Shown: positions 1 through 10,148, counted from the first letter of the stretch. The stretch: 64,000 nt of DNA from Candidatus Bathyarchaeia archaeon (GCA_050010755.1 JBEKKK010000002.1:32001-96000), one strand, 5' to 3'. The notes: generated by a model from the sequence alone, not told the origin. Numbers and translations: made by a program.

Positions 1-1
1 A

Positions 2-712
2 GCACTGAGCAGGCACAACAAGCGTCTTATTTCAAATTTAGGTGCGCCAGAGCACAAGATAGCCATCGTGCCCAACGGCGTTGATGCTGTGGAATATGCA
101 AATCTTCATCGAAGCAAGAGAATTCTTGAGGAACTCCACTCAGATGGTCCTATATTGCTCTACGTTGGGAGGATAGATTGGAATAAGCGAGTGGATAAGA
201 TCGTTGAGGCTCTACCCGCTATCTTGAAAGATTTTCCGTCCGCTAAGCTTGTCGTTGTTGGCCCCGACTACTCAAATTGCGTAAATGAACTTTTAGACGT
301 CTCTAGGAAGCTCAAAGTGAAGGATTCTCTTGTTATTACGGGCAACGTTCCGAGGGAGAAGCTACTCGAGTTCTATTCAGTCGCCAATGTTTTCCTGTTC
401 CCATCTTCATACGAAGGGTTCGGTCTAAGTATGCTCGAAGCGATGTGCAGCAAAATTCCTGTCATTGCTTCTCCTTCTGGGGGCCCAGGCGATATTTTGA
501 AGGATAGAACACACGCGTTGTTACTCAAGGAATCTACTTCTGGCGAAATCTCAAAATTGGTTCATGCTGTGCTGACAGATCAGTCGTTGAAAGAGGAACT
601 CGTCAAGAACGCATTGGAACTCGTCGAGACAAAGTATACTTGGAAAAAGGTCGTGAACCATTTAGAAATGGTTTACGGACGAGCTATTGCAGAAAAGAGA
701 GTGAGCGCGTAG
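2..712 (+). CDS. Glycosyltransferase family 4 (GT-B), 5'-partial
   Basis: Frame open from window start; LYVGRI..K and FPSSYEGFGLSMLEAM (EX7E) motifs. Confidence 0.9.
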   Translation, partial: ALSRHNKRLISNLGAPEHKIAIVPNGVDAVEYANLHRSKRILEELHSDGPILLYVGRIDWNKRVDKIVEALPAILKDFPSAKLVVVGPDYSNCVNELLDVSRKLKVKDSLVITGNVPREKLLEFYSVANVFLFPSSYEGFGLSMLEAMCSKIPVIASPSGGPGDILKDRTHALLLKESTSGEISKLVHAVLTDQSLKEELVKNALELVETKYTWKKVVNHLEMVYGRAIAEKRVSA

Positions 713-897
713 CCGCCCGCCGAAGGCCTATCAGGCCCAAATACGGGCACCATATTCCATTGCCATGTGCAGATGACTTCTCTCTTTACTTAGGATTGTT
801 ATTCTCCAAAAACGAATGCAAAGGGATCTGCCCGCGGTTTTTCTCCCTTATGCGCGCAGATTTCAACAAGTCTGTTCAGGCCTAGGTTCAACCAACG

Positions 898-1671
898 CTA
901 GCCTGCCGATTCTTTTAGTCTCTTAATTTTTAAAATCTCCGAGGTGAACTCCTTGATTTCGTTTGCGGAGAGCTTCGATTTTCCGTTCTTTCTATTAACG
1001 AAGGTCATCGGGAATTCCCTTACGTCGAATCCTCTTTTGTGGGCTTGCCGTATAGTTTCTATTTGTATTTCGTAGGTTTCACTGTGCAAGTCTGGGACCA
1101 TTTCTCTGACAAGCCTTGTCGAGTAGCATCGCAAACCGCTGGTGTAGTCATGGATTTTTGCTCTCACCAAAATGTAAGCGAGAATGTTTGCTATACGACT
1201 GGTCAGGCGGCGAAATATGCTCCATTTCACCACGCCGCCTCCCTTGCAGTATCTACTTCCTATTGCCAGACCTTTGCTTTCTCTTGCGGTTTGGATTGCG
1301 CGCGGAACTTCTCTGGGATTGTGCGAGTAGTCAGCGTCCATGGTCACTATGTAGCTTGGAGGGTTCTTCAATGATATGAGTGTCTTGAAACCGTCGGTTA
1401 TGGCTGTTCCAAGGCCGGACTTCTTCGGTCTCACTAGGAGGAGAATGTTGCTGTACTTTTTCTGCAGTGTCCGAACGGCATCAGCCGTCCCATCTGGGCT
1501 GGAATCGTCGATGACTAGGATGCGGACATCAAGATCCAAGCTTTCGATGTCGCCTATTAGCTTTTCAATGTTTGAAACTTCACAATACGTGGGGAGGATC
1601 AGTCCGATCTCTGATTTTGCGCCTAGGTCTCCTTCAACGCGTGCGAGGTTTGCTGTTATTGTTTGGTTCAT
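898..1671 (-). CDS. Polyprenol/dolichol-phosphate mannose synthase-like GT2
   Basis: ILPTYCE, IDDSSPDGT, MDADYSH, GSRY, DYTSGLR motifs. Confidence 0.9.
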   Translation of the reverse strand: MNQTITANLARVEGDLGAKSEIGLILPTYCEVSNIEKLIGDIESLDLDVRILVIDDSSPDGTADAVRTLQKKYSNILLLVRPKKSGLGTAITDGFKTLISLKNPPSYIVTMDADYSHNPREVPRAIQTARESKGLAIGSRYCKGGGVVKWSIFRRLTSRIANILAYILVRAKIHDYTSGLRCYSTRLVREMVPDLHSETYEIQIETIRQAHKRGFDVREFPMTFVNRKNGKSKLSANEIKEFTSEILKIKRLKESAG

Positions 1672-1773
1672 CTTTCCCTGTCCTGTAGGACGAACTGATT
1701 TGTTACGCTGTCAATATTAAACTTTTGACCGTTCTGGCATACAAGCATACAGCCATCACGGTTTTAACTCTTT

Positions 1774-2814
1774 CTAGTGTGGGGATGTAACCTTTCTTCT
1801 ATAGTAGCCCAATGGATGATGTATCCTTCTGCACAGGCTATCAGGGTTTATGCAAACTCCGTGAGTTTTCAGCGTGTCACATTTTGGAGTTGTGTAGCGG
1901 GTTCGGGAGCCTCTTTCTCCAGCTATGTGTTCAACCTGGTAGCGGGTCATTCTTTCGTTGAAATCGGAGATGTTTTTGAAGAGTTCCACAACTTTTTCCG
2001 AGGGCATTCCGATGTTTACGAGGAATGATGTTAGGGTGAACCTGCCGATGTGTGAGAGGTGGCGTCCAGATGAAAAGGCCTCGTATAGTTTCTGTATGCA
2101 GGGTGGAAAGGCTGTTTGTGTTATGGACTTCGGAAAGCCTTCTATCTCGGTTTTGCCTATTTTGTCTATTGCCAGTTTGTTGATTCTTTCGGCTGTTTCT
2201 AGGACTTTTGTCGGAAATTTGGGCAGTTCTTCGGTTTCTGTGTGTTCTTCGACGTATCTGCGAACTTCTTCGGCGAGCAGTCTGGCGGTTTCGCCGCTTG
2301 TTAGGTAGACTTTTCCGTTTGCCAAAGGGCGGTTGATGAGTTTCCATTTTTTTTCTCGCAGGTATGTCGTGTTCTTGAGGTAACTGGTGAAGTCGAGTGC
2401 GAATTCGTATGGTATTTGGAGGTTGTTGTTGGGTTGCAGTTTCCATTGAAAGTTCTGGGCGATTTTTGCTAGTTTTTCTTTGGGTTCGAGTTTGAAGTCT
2501 TCGTATGCTTGTTTTGCTTCGGCCAGTGCGTATCTCTTCTTGATGAACGTGTTTTGGGTTGCTATCGTTAGGACTATGGCGACTGTGAATGAGAGGATTT
2601 CTACGTCTTCGGCGTGGTGGGGGTTTCTGGTGACTCTTGTGTATAATATCGCTTCTTCGACTCTTTCTTCTGCTCGGTCGAGTATCTGTTTGAGTTCGAT
2701 GTTTTCTAGGTCTTCGATGTTTAGGTTTGGGAGTTTCAGGTATTTTGCTGCTTCTTTTAGGAATGGGTATTTGGTGTAGTCGCTTTTGGCGAATTTGGAG
2801 AAGACGGTTTGCAT
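1774..2814 (-). CDS. priL: DNA primase large subunit
   Basis: KYPFL N-terminus; FPPCI, HLSHIGRF, TRYQVEHIAG, C-terminal Fe-S cysteines, HPLGYY. Confidence 0.95.
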   Translation of the reverse strand: MQTVFSKFAKSDYTKYPFLKEAAKYLKLPNLNIEDLENIELKQILDRAEERVEEAILYTRVTRNPHHAEDVEILSFTVAIVLTIATQNTFIKKRYALAEAKQAYEDFKLEPKEKLAKIAQNFQWKLQPNNNLQIPYEFALDFTSYLKNTTYLREKKWKLINRPLANGKVYLTSGETARLLAEEVRRYVEEHTETEELPKFPTKVLETAERINKLAIDKIGKTEIEGFPKSITQTAFPPCIQKLYEAFSSGRHLSHIGRFTLTSFLVNIGMPSEKVVELFKNISDFNERMTRYQVEHIAGERGSRTRYTTPKCDTLKTHGVCINPDSLCRRIHHPLGYYRRKVTSPH

Positions 2815-2827
2815 GTGGTTTTTCTCG

Positions 2828-3592
2828 TTATTCGCTTTCGATTCGGGGTGCGAGGTAGAAGGTTAGTTTTCCTTCTTTTGCCTGTTGGAAGTCTAGTTTT
2901 ATGGGCATGTCTGAGGAGAATTCGAGTGTTGCTATGTCTGAGGTTGCGGATGCCGTTTTTATTATTTCAGTCAGGTAGCTGAGGCTGAAGGTTGCTTTTT
3001 GCTGTTCTTTGGCGTCGAGTTCGAGCAGGGTGTCGCTTCCTTTTTGGAGGGTTATCGTTGCGCCCATCAGGTCTCCGGCGGCGTTGAAGACCACTTTTTC
3101 GGGGTCTGCTTCGATTCTCACGTGGTCGCTCACGAGCTGGGCGTCTTCGATTGCTTGGCTCAGGCCTTCGGTCGTGGCTTTTATTTTGACGTTGAATGTG
3201 ATTTTGGGTGTTGGGACTTCCTCTTCTGAGGCTTCGAGTGTGGGCATGGTGAAGTTGCGCGAGTATTTTCCGGTGATTGAGATTTGTAGTTTTCCGGTTT
3301 TTTCGTCTTTGGAGAGTTCGAGCGTTTCGTCTTTGCCGGCTCTCTTGAGGAGTTTGAGGAGTTCGGTTATGTTTACGCACATTTTTGTGGGTTCCGTGCA
3401 GATGTATTCCTCGAAGATGGTTTTGGGCCATTCGAAGTCTATCATGGCGACGCGTGATGGGTCCATTGCGCGAAGTTTGATGCCTTCTGCGTCGAGTTTG
3501 AAAGTGGCTTCGTCTACGAGTATGGAGATGGATGTGATCATGTCTCTGAGTTGTTTGGCGTCGGCGACTTTGACTTTGAACATGAGTGTCAC
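2828..3592 (-). CDS. pcn: PCNA sliding clamp
   Basis: LRAMDPSRVAMID, FYLAPRIE; ~250 aa (ATG alternative at 3583). Confidence 0.97.
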   Translation of the reverse strand: MTLMFKVKVADAKQLRDMITSISILVDEATFKLDAEGIKLRAMDPSRVAMIDFEWPKTIFEEYICTEPTKMCVNITELLKLLKRAGKDETLELSKDEKTGKLQISITGKYSRNFTMPTLEASEEEVPTPKITFNVKIKATTEGLSQAIEDAQLVSDHVRIEADPEKVVFNAAGDLMGATITLQKGSDTLLELDAKEQQKATFSLSYLTEIIKTASATSDIATLEFSSDMPIKLDFQQAKEGKLTFYLAPRIESE

Positions 3593-3744
3593 CTTTGGAG
3601 GTGTGTTTAGTTGTTGTTTATGACTTTATTTAGCTTTAGGTTGGCTTCTGCTGGGACCTGCTGTGTGTGTCGTCCTGTTTGGGCGGCGGGGGTTGATGGT
3701 TTTTTGCGAAATTTTTAAGTTGTTCTTGTCCGTAGGCTGTTGGT

Positions 3745-4143
3745 ATGCACGAGTGGGCGCTGGCTGAAGCCGTAGTATCTGCGGCTTCTGAGGCGGCGGA
3801 GAAGGAGGGTTTTAGAGAGGTCAAGGAAGTGAGGATTAGGGTTGGGGAGCTGCAGCAGATAGATGAGGACGTGTTATTGTTTGCTCTTCAACAGGTCAAG
3901 GGGCCCAGGTTCGAGAGTGCGGTGTTCAAGGTTGAGGAGGCGCGGGCGAGGTTGAGTTGTCGGGTGTGTGGTCGTGTGTGGGTTTTTGACAGGCGGAAGC
4001 TGGATGAGGGCGTGGTTGAGGCTATTCATTTTGTTCCTGAGGTGGCGCACGCGTATGTTAAGTGTCCGAGGTGTGGGAGTCCGGATTTTGAGGTGGTGGA
4101 GGGGCGTGGGGTTTCACTTGTTAGCGTTAGGGGTGTGAGGTAG
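3745..4143 (+). CDS. hypA: Hydrogenase nickel incorporation protein HypA
   Basis: MHEWALA, VGELQQID, CRVC and CPRCGS zinc sites, GRG. Confidence 0.95.
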   Translation: MHEWALAEAVVSAASEAAEKEGFREVKEVRIRVGELQQIDEDVLLFALQQVKGPRFESAVFKVEEARARLSCRVCGRVWVFDRRKLDEGVVEAIHFVPEVAHAYVKCPRCGSPDFEVVEGRGVSLVSVRGVR

Positions 4144-4145
4144 GC

Positions 4146-4868
4146 TTGGTTGATCCTCGGGCGAGCATCGTGAATGAGAGGTTGAAGGGTGTGCGTCGCA
4201 TCATAGCAGTTTCAGGTGGCAAGGGTGGGGTGGGCAAGAGCCTGTTTGCGACGACGTTTGCCTTGATTCTTGCTAGGAAGGGGTTCAAAGTCGGTCTATT
4301 TGACCTGGATTTCACGAGCCCGTCTACGCATGCTGTCTTAGGCGTTCAGGATCTGCGACCTATGGAGGATAAGGGCATTGTTCCTCCGCGGGTGTGCGGT
4401 TTGGAGTATATGTCGATTGTCTATTTTTCGGGTAGTCTTGCGACTCCGCTGAGGGGGGTGGATGTTTCTAATGCGTTGTTGGAGCTTTTGTCGGTGGTTG
4501 TGTGGGGGGAGCTGGATTATCTTGTGCTTGATGTGCCGCCGGGGATTGGTGATGCTACTCTTGATTTGGTGAGGTTGATTGGGAGGGTGGAGTTTCTGAT
4601 TGTGACGACGCCTTCGCGGTTGGCTTTTGAGACTGTGAGGAGGCTGGTTGGGTTGTTGCAGGAGTTGAGGGTGCGGGTGATTGGGGTTGTTGAGAATATG
4701 GAGTTGGTTCGTTCCGATGTTGTGGAGCGAGAGGCGGATGCGTTGGGTTTGGCGTTCTTGGGGAGGATTCCTTTTGACGAGGGGGTGGAGGCGGCGTTGG
4801 GGAAGCCTGATGAGCTTCTGGGCACCGTCTTTGCGGAAAAGGTGAGACAGCTCGCCTCGAGAATCTGA
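4146..4868 (+). CDS. Mrp/NBP35-family ATPase, probably ATPase-type HypB partner of HypA
   Basis: SGGKGGVGKS, DLD, LDVPPGIGD, VENM; no C-terminal CxxC; coupled to hypA. Confidence 0.85.
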   Translation: MVDPRASIVNERLKGVRRIIAVSGGKGGVGKSLFATTFALILARKGFKVGLFDLDFTSPSTHAVLGVQDLRPMEDKGIVPPRVCGLEYMSIVYFSGSLATPLRGVDVSNALLELLSVVVWGELDYLVLDVPPGIGDATLDLVRLIGRVEFLIVTTPSRLAFETVRRLVGLLQELRVRVIGVVENMELVRSDVVEREADALGLAFLGRIPFDEGVEAALGKPDELLGTVFAEKVRQLASRI

Positions 4869-4884
4869 CAAAATCGGTGCAGTT

Positions 4885-4962
4885 GCCCCCTCCCCTTTTT
4901 TTCTTTACATCAGATGTAATGTTGCTGTGTAATGTTGCCGTGTAAGTTTTCCATGTTGCGCG
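4885..4962. repeat. Dispersed intergenic repeat, copy 1 (subtype A)
   Basis: CCCCTCCCC-T7-CTTTACATCAGATGTAATGTTGCTGTGTAATGTTGCCGTGTAAGTTTTCCATGTTGCGCG. Confidence 0.9.
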
Positions 4963-5066
4963 TGCGCGTTGCGGAAAACGCTAAAACTTGGTCCTAGCTG
5001 GAGTCTAGGTCGCCCTTTTTCTTCGGGTTTGCTCTGGCATCACTTAGATTGCGATGTTGAACGGTG

Positions 5067-5142
5067 CTCCCCTCCCCTTTTTTTACACACATCAGATGTA
5101 ATGGATCCGTGTAATGGATCCACGTGTGTGTCCATGTTGCGT
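5067..5142. repeat. Dispersed intergenic repeat, copy 2 (subtype B)
   Basis: CCCCTCCCC-T7-ACACACATCAGATGTAATGGATCCGTGTAATGGATCCACGTGTGTGTCCATGTTGCG. Confidence 0.9.
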
Positions 5143-5259
5143 GGCGCAGTGTTCCGGAAAAAGAATTAATTTTGGTTCTGGCTTGTGTTGCGCGTGCTGG
5201 TCGTCTCTTTTGTTCGAGTTTGTCGATTAACGTTATGTGGTTTCGACGATGAAGCGTGA

Positions 5260-5332
5260 CCCCCTCCCCTTTTTTTCTTCACATCAGATGTAATGTTGCA
5301 ATGTAATGTTGCAGCGTAAACCGCGATGTTGC
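5260..5332. repeat. Dispersed intergenic repeat, copy 3 (subtype A)
   Basis: CCCCCTCCCC-T7-CTTCACATCAGATGTAATGTTGCAATGTAATGTTGCAGCGTAAA...ATGTTGC. Confidence 0.9.
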
Positions 5333-5467
5333 TTTTTGTCCTTGTGTCCAGTGTTTGTGAGGTTGGTTGTAGTGCGCTTGGGTGATGCTGTTTTGATGTG
5401 AGTATGTTTTTATTAGTGCTTGGAGGTAACGTATAGGCTGGGAGGTTTGTGTTGTTTGAGTTTCGAG

Positions 5468-6427
5468 ATGTGGGCTGAGAAGTACAGGCCAAAGAAGCTG
5501 AGCGATATTGTTGATCAGAAGGATATTGTGGAGCGTTTGAAGAGTTTCGCGGAGTCTAGGAACGTTCCTCATTGCATTTTTGCGGGGCCGCCGGGCACTG
5601 GGAAGACGACTGCGGCTCTTTGTTTGGCGAGGGATCTTTATGGTGATGTGTTTAGGGAGCATATGCTGGAGTTGAATGCGAGCGATGAGAGGGGCATTGA
5701 CGTGGTGAGGGAGACCGTGAAGACTTTTGCGAGGGTGAAGTCGATTGGTGAGATTCCGTTTAAGATTATGATTCTGGATGAGGCGGATAACATGACTTCT
5801 GATGCTCAGCAGGCGTTGAGGCGAACGATGGAGCGTTACACTGGGACTTGCCGTTTTATCATGTGTGCTAATTATAGTGGGAGGATAATCGAGCCCATTC
5901 AGTCCCGTTGTGCTCCTTTCAGGTTTGCTCATTTGCCGAGAGAAGCTCAGGATTCTTACTTGAAGGGCATTGCCGAGAAGGAGAAAGTGAAGTTGTTAGT
6001 TGATGGTTTCGAGGCTATTTTTGAGGTTTCTGGCGGAGACTTGAGACGTGCCATTAATACGCTACAGTCTGCTGCTTCCTTGGACAAGCCCATTGATGCG
6101 AAGGTTGTTTATTCTGTTACTGGAAAGGCTAGCCCTGCAGACGTGGCGAAGATGATCATGACGGCTATGGAGGGTGACTTTGTCGGTGCGCGAAAAAGAC
6201 TGCGCGAAATGATCCAGCAGTACGGTGTGGCCGGGAGCGATTTGATGCGTCAGATTCACACGGAGATTTTCAGATCTGAGATGCCCGAGCAGTGGAAGAT
6301 AAAGCTGGCTGACGTTGTGGGTGAGGCGGATTTCAGGCTCGTTGAAGGAGCTGATGAGGAGATCCAGTTGAGCGCGTTGCTGGCTAGGCTCGTTGAAGCA
6401 GGCTGCGACATGAGAAGCGCAAAATAG
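5468..6427 (+). CDS. rfcS: Replication factor C small subunit
   Basis: MWAEKYRP, GPPGTGKT, ELNASDERG, LDEAD, IQSRC; ATG 5468 preferred over 5420. Confidence 0.97.
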   Translation: MWAEKYRPKKLSDIVDQKDIVERLKSFAESRNVPHCIFAGPPGTGKTTAALCLARDLYGDVFREHMLELNASDERGIDVVRETVKTFARVKSIGEIPFKIMILDEADNMTSDAQQALRRTMERYTGTCRFIMCANYSGRIIEPIQSRCAPFRFAHLPREAQDSYLKGIAEKEKVKLLVDGFEAIFEVSGGDLRRAINTLQSAASLDKPIDAKVVYSVTGKASPADVAKMIMTAMEGDFVGARKRLREMIQQYGVAGSDLMRQIHTEIFRSEMPEQWKIKLADVVGEADFRLVEGADEEIQLSALLARLVEAGCDMRSAK

Positions 6428-6437
6428 GTGCGAACTC

Positions 6438-7697
6438 TTGCACTATGCTTGGACTGCTAAGCACAAGCCGAAATCTCTGGCTGGAATCATCGGGAACGCT
6501 GACGCGGTTGAAAAGTTCGCCGAATGGATAAAATCTTGGCAGAAAGGAATTCCAAAGAAAAGAGCTGCATTTCTCTATGGGCCGCCAGGCGTGGGAAAAA
6601 CTATCACTGTGGAGGCTCTGGCTCATGATAATGGCATGGAGTTCGTGGAGAAAAACGCAAGCGACTATCGAACCGAAGACGCCATAAACCGTTTTGCCGG
6701 ACTGGCCTCACAATACGGCTCACTGTTCGGTGGAAAAAGAATCATTCTTCTTGACGAACTGGACGGTATAACGGGGACCTCAGACAGGGGCGGGGTGAAG
6801 GCAATAACCGACGTGGTCAAGGCTGCCCAGTGCCCGGTAGTCCTGATTTCTAACAGCGCTTACGAGCCTCGCTTCTTAACCCTTCGCAGTTACTGCCTTC
6901 TTATAGAGTTCAAGAGGCTGGCGGCAGGCGAAGTTGCGAAGCTTTTGAAATTGATAAGCCAAGATGAGGGGATTCAGGCAGATGAGGCGGCGCTGAGGTT
7001 CATTGCTCAACGCTCGGGAGGCGATGTGCGGTCGGCAGTGAACGATCTTCAGGCGCTGGGCCAGAGCAAGAAGACGTTGACCTACGAGGATGTTTCATGG
7101 CTGGGGTACCGGGATAGACAAGACAGTATCTTCAACGTTTTGAGAATGATACTCTACGGAAAGACCTGTTCCAGCGCGAAGCAGGCGGCCAACACGGCGG
7201 ACGTTGACTCTGACATGCTTTTCGAATGGATCTACGAGAACGTTCCAGCACACTTGACGGATCCTCATGATCTGGCCGACGCGATGGATGCACTGTCCAT
7301 TGCAGATGTCTACAGGGGCAGAATTCGCGCCACTCAGGATTGGGGTCTGCTGCGTTACGTCATGGACTACATGACGGCCGGGGTGGCCTTGTCCAGAAAG
7401 AACACCAAACCTCCAGGGTGGATTCCTTTCAAGTTCCCTGAACGTATCCAAATGCTTTCGAGATCCAGAGGCGAGCGTGCCATGAAGCTGAGCATAGGTG
7501 CCCAGGTTAAGCGGAGGAACCACATTTCAGCTAGAAGAGCCACGACGGAAGTCCTTCCGTACCTTAGGATAATTTTCAACAACAATCCTGAGATGGCGGC
7601 TGGACTGGCAAAGTGGCTGGATTTGAGCCAGGAAATGGTTGAGTATCTGGTCGACAGCGAGAAAAAGGCTGAAACCATCATCAAACTTATTGGTTAG
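6438..7697 (+). CDS. rfcL: Replication factor C large subunit
   Basis: WTAKHKP, GPPGVGKT, NASDYR, LDELDG, GDVRSAVNDLQ; follows rfcS. Confidence 0.93.
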   Translation: MHYAWTAKHKPKSLAGIIGNADAVEKFAEWIKSWQKGIPKKRAAFLYGPPGVGKTITVEALAHDNGMEFVEKNASDYRTEDAINRFAGLASQYGSLFGGKRIILLDELDGITGTSDRGGVKAITDVVKAAQCPVVLISNSAYEPRFLTLRSYCLLIEFKRLAAGEVAKLLKLISQDEGIQADEAALRFIAQRSGGDVRSAVNDLQALGQSKKTLTYEDVSWLGYRDRQDSIFNVLRMILYGKTCSSAKQAANTADVDSDMLFEWIYENVPAHLTDPHDLADAMDALSIADVYRGRIRATQDWGLLRYVMDYMTAGVALSRKNTKPPGWIPFKFPERIQMLSRSRGERAMKLSIGAQVKRRNHISARRATTEVLPYLRIIFNNNPEMAAGLAKWLDLSQEMVEYLVDSEKKAETIIKLIG

Positions 7698-7712
7698 ATA
7701 CTGGATCGCTTG

Positions 7713-8039
7713 CTAGTGGATTCTGCTTCCGATTGCAATGTCTTTTTCGGGCTGCAAGATCACCACGTTGCCCTTATCGTCCTCTGCGGCGAATACCATA
7801 CACTGGGATTCGACACCCATCATTTTGCGTTTTTGAAGGTTGAGAATAAAGGCGCACTTTCTGCCCGTGAGATCCTCGGGTTTGTACCACTGCAAGAGGC
7901 CAGCAACGGCTTGTCTCTTTTCGGTTCCGAAGTCGACTATCATTCTTATTAGGTTTCGTGACCCTGGGATTTGGTTGGCTTCCACTATTTTGCCAATGCG
8001 CAGATCGAGTTTCTGGAATTCATCAAAGGAGATTTCCAA
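7713..8039 (-). CDS. tRNA-binding OB-fold protein (CsaA/Trbp111/MetRS C-terminal-like)
   Basis: ISFDEFQKLDLRIGKI, VAGL, NL..RKMMGVESQ. Confidence 0.9.
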   Translation of the reverse strand: MEISFDEFQKLDLRIGKIVEANQIPGSRNLIRMIVDFGTEKRQAVAGLLQWYKPEDLTGRKCAFILNLQKRKMMGVESQCMVFAAEDDKGNVVILQPEKDIAIGSRIH

Positions 8040-8080
8040 TCTTATTTCCCTGTTTCTCAGTTTTCACGCTGGTTGGGCTA

Positions 8081-8797
8081 TTAAGTTTTGCGCGTTTTCC
8101 TTCTGCGACGTATTTTTTCAATGGTTTTTTCAACGCCTTCCCAGCCTTCGACTGACTTCGAATGGACTATTTCGAAGGCTTCCTTCGAGTTCATCATGAA
8201 AAGTTCTTGACCCACGGCTCTTCTTGAAAGGTATGCTGCTGCATTCAGGATTTCGCCGTTCAAAAGTGAATCTGTGGAGTCTGCCAAGTGGCATATCAGA
8301 GCCTCAACAGTCTTCGGTCTTATCGGTCCTGCCTCGCCATGGTGTGCCGATACTATGTGAATCAGTTCCAGCGGAAAGTCCCTGCGAACGAGTTCCGAAG
8401 TTGCGAGTAACAGGTGGTCCAAGTAGTCGGCCAAGCTTGCTGAGCTGTAGCTTCCGTTCTTGTTGATCGTGTAAGTTGCTGGTTTGAATATGTCGTGCAA
8501 CAGAACGCCTGATATGACAAGGTCGCGGTTTACTTTGCCGTGGTACGTGTTCTCAACGGAGTCGCACAATGCTAATGCGAGGTTTGCTGTTGAAGCGACG
8601 TGCTCAATGTATCCGCCGGGGTAGCTGTGATGACGTGAGATGCCGGCGGGCGATGTTTTAAGTGGTAAGCCTGTGTATGTTCTGCCGTTGATTTCGATGC
8701 TGGGGTTTTTCAGCAGTTCTATGACTTTTCGGCGAAGGGGCTCGTTGCGAATTTTTTTGGCCAATGCGTTGAGTGTTGGATCCAGCAATTCATTCAC
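8081..8797 (-). CDS. HD-domain phosphohydrolase (YhaM-like)
   Basis: HHSYPGGYIEH, LLHDIFK, SAHHG, HLAD. Confidence 0.85.
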   Translation of the reverse strand: MNELLDPTLNALAKKIRNEPLRRKVIELLKNPSIEINGRTYTGLPLKTSPAGISRHHSYPGGYIEHVASTANLALALCDSVENTYHGKVNRDLVISGVLLHDIFKPATYTINKNGSYSSASLADYLDHLLLATSELVRRDFPLELIHIVSAHHGEAGPIRPKTVEALICHLADSTDSLLNGEILNAAAYLSRRAVGQELFMMNSKEAFEIVHSKSVEGWEGVEKTIEKIRRRRKTRKT

Positions 8798-9483
8798 TAA
8801 CGGTTCTTAATGTCATAGAGGATATTGATTTTTCGTTTTTCTGCTGTTGCTAGGCTGTGGGCCATGAGAATGGGTTCTGGTATTCGGTTGTTCTTGGCGC
8901 AGTGCCTGACTATTTCGATGGCAGTTTCTAGAGAAATCATGTTTCCAACGCTGACGTAGACGGGTTTGCATCCTCTGTTGGTTATCACTGCTGCGCCGAC
9001 GATTTTTTGGTGGTACTCGATGAGATTCGCATCGGCTTCGGATTTTGCGGCTTTGACTTCGCCTATCAATTTGTTTTTTGCAACGCCGATTACCGGTTTT
9101 CTCAGAATGAGTCCCAGATGGCTTGCAAGTCCGCAGTGGTAAGGGTGCGCGAAACCGTGGGCGTCTACCATGAACAAGTCTGGTTGGTTGCCCAGTTTTC
9201 GGATGCACTGGATTGCGGGTTCTGCTTCTCTGAAGGAGAGTAGGGTTGGAATGTAGGGAAAACGGGTCTTGCAGAAGGCTGTTTGCTTTTCCATGGGCTT
9301 GAAGGAGTCATAATCTAGAACTGCCACGGCTCCTATTGATGTGCCTTCGGTATAGGCGATGTCTACTCCAGCTACTGTGCGGATTGTTTTGGGGAGTCTG
9401 TCCTGGAAAACGATCTTCTCGGACATGCGTAGTTGTGTTTGGTGGGCTTTCTTGGCGGAAAAGTGATGCTTGATGTTATTCAC
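8797..9483 (-). CDS. nfi: Endonuclease V
   Basis: AGVDIAY, FPYIPTLLSFRE, VDAHGFAHP, GVAK, PVYVSVG, RIPEP. Confidence 0.95.
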   Translation of the reverse strand: MNNIKHHFSAKKAHQTQLRMSEKIVFQDRLPKTIRTVAGVDIAYTEGTSIGAVAVLDYDSFKPMEKQTAFCKTRFPYIPTLLSFREAEPAIQCIRKLGNQPDLFMVDAHGFAHPYHCGLASHLGLILRKPVIGVAKNKLIGEVKAAKSEADANLIEYHQKIVGAAVITNRGCKPVYVSVGNMISLETAIEIVRHCAKNNRIPEPILMAHSLATAEKRKINILYDIKNR

Positions 9484-9509
9484 CGATGTTTTTCGGTGCC
9501 GGTGGGGGT

Positions 9510-10148
9510 TTATTTTCTGCTTTTGGCGTATTTTTCAAACTGTTTGAGATGTTTCTCGAGTTCGTTTCTTCGGATTTCTTGGGTTATGTCTCCGCGTGTG
9601 ATCTCGATGAGTTTTCTGGCGACGTCGCATTTTCTTCTTAGGCCTGGCACTAGCATGTAGGATTCGTCCATGGCCATGAGTTCGATGTAGATTTGGTCCA
9701 TTGTTTGCAGGTATTTTTCTCCTTTTCTTGTGTTACCTTCGCGCAGCGCGTCGAGCACGGCTCTTCGGCATTCGCCTATGACATCGGCCAGTCCGAGGAT
9801 GTAGTCATCGGATGGGGCATCGATTTCTTTGGGCGTTATGAACTTTGATTCTTGGACTAGCTTTAGGAATATGTTTGCTTCCGAGTATTCTTGAAGGGCG
9901 GCGCTGTGTTGGCCGCTGTAGATTATGCTGGGTTGCGATGCTGACATTTCGTTAACTGTTAGAATGTTTTTGTGGGCTTTTTCGATGGATTTTTCTGCTT
10001 CTTTTAATCTTTTTTGATGGATGAGGAGTATTGCTTGTTTGGAGAGGCTTGTTGCTTCTCTTAGGTCTTTGAAGGCTGTTTCGCGCACTTTGTCCTTGCA
10101 CATTAGCTCTTTTTTTGTTTCGTTCAGTATGGTTTTTAGTGTGTCCAT
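9510..10148 (-). CDS. Translin/TRAX-family protein (archaeal C3PO-like)
   Basis: QEYSEA, DYILGLADVIGECRR, LRRKCD motifs. Confidence 0.88.
   Translation of the reverse strand: MDTLKTILNETKKELMCKDKVRETAFKDLREATSLSKQAILLIHQKRLKEAEKSIEKAHKNILTVNEMSASQPSIIYSGQHSAALQEYSEANIFLKLVQESKFITPKEIDAPSDDYILGLADVIGECRRAVLDALREGNTRKGEKYLQTMDQIYIELMAMDESYMLVPGLRRKCDVARKLIEITRGDITQEIRRNELEKHLKQFEKYAKSRK

Noticed and set aside
4885-5332. CRISPR array
   Set aside because: Repeats are ~75 bp and divergent, spacers ~105-120 bp, copies are dispersed elsewhere, and no cas genes are present.
5166-5492. ORFs spanning the repeats (also 11874-12326) sharing CNITSDVKKK
   Set aside because: The shared peptide is just the translated DNA repeat; there is no other coding signal.
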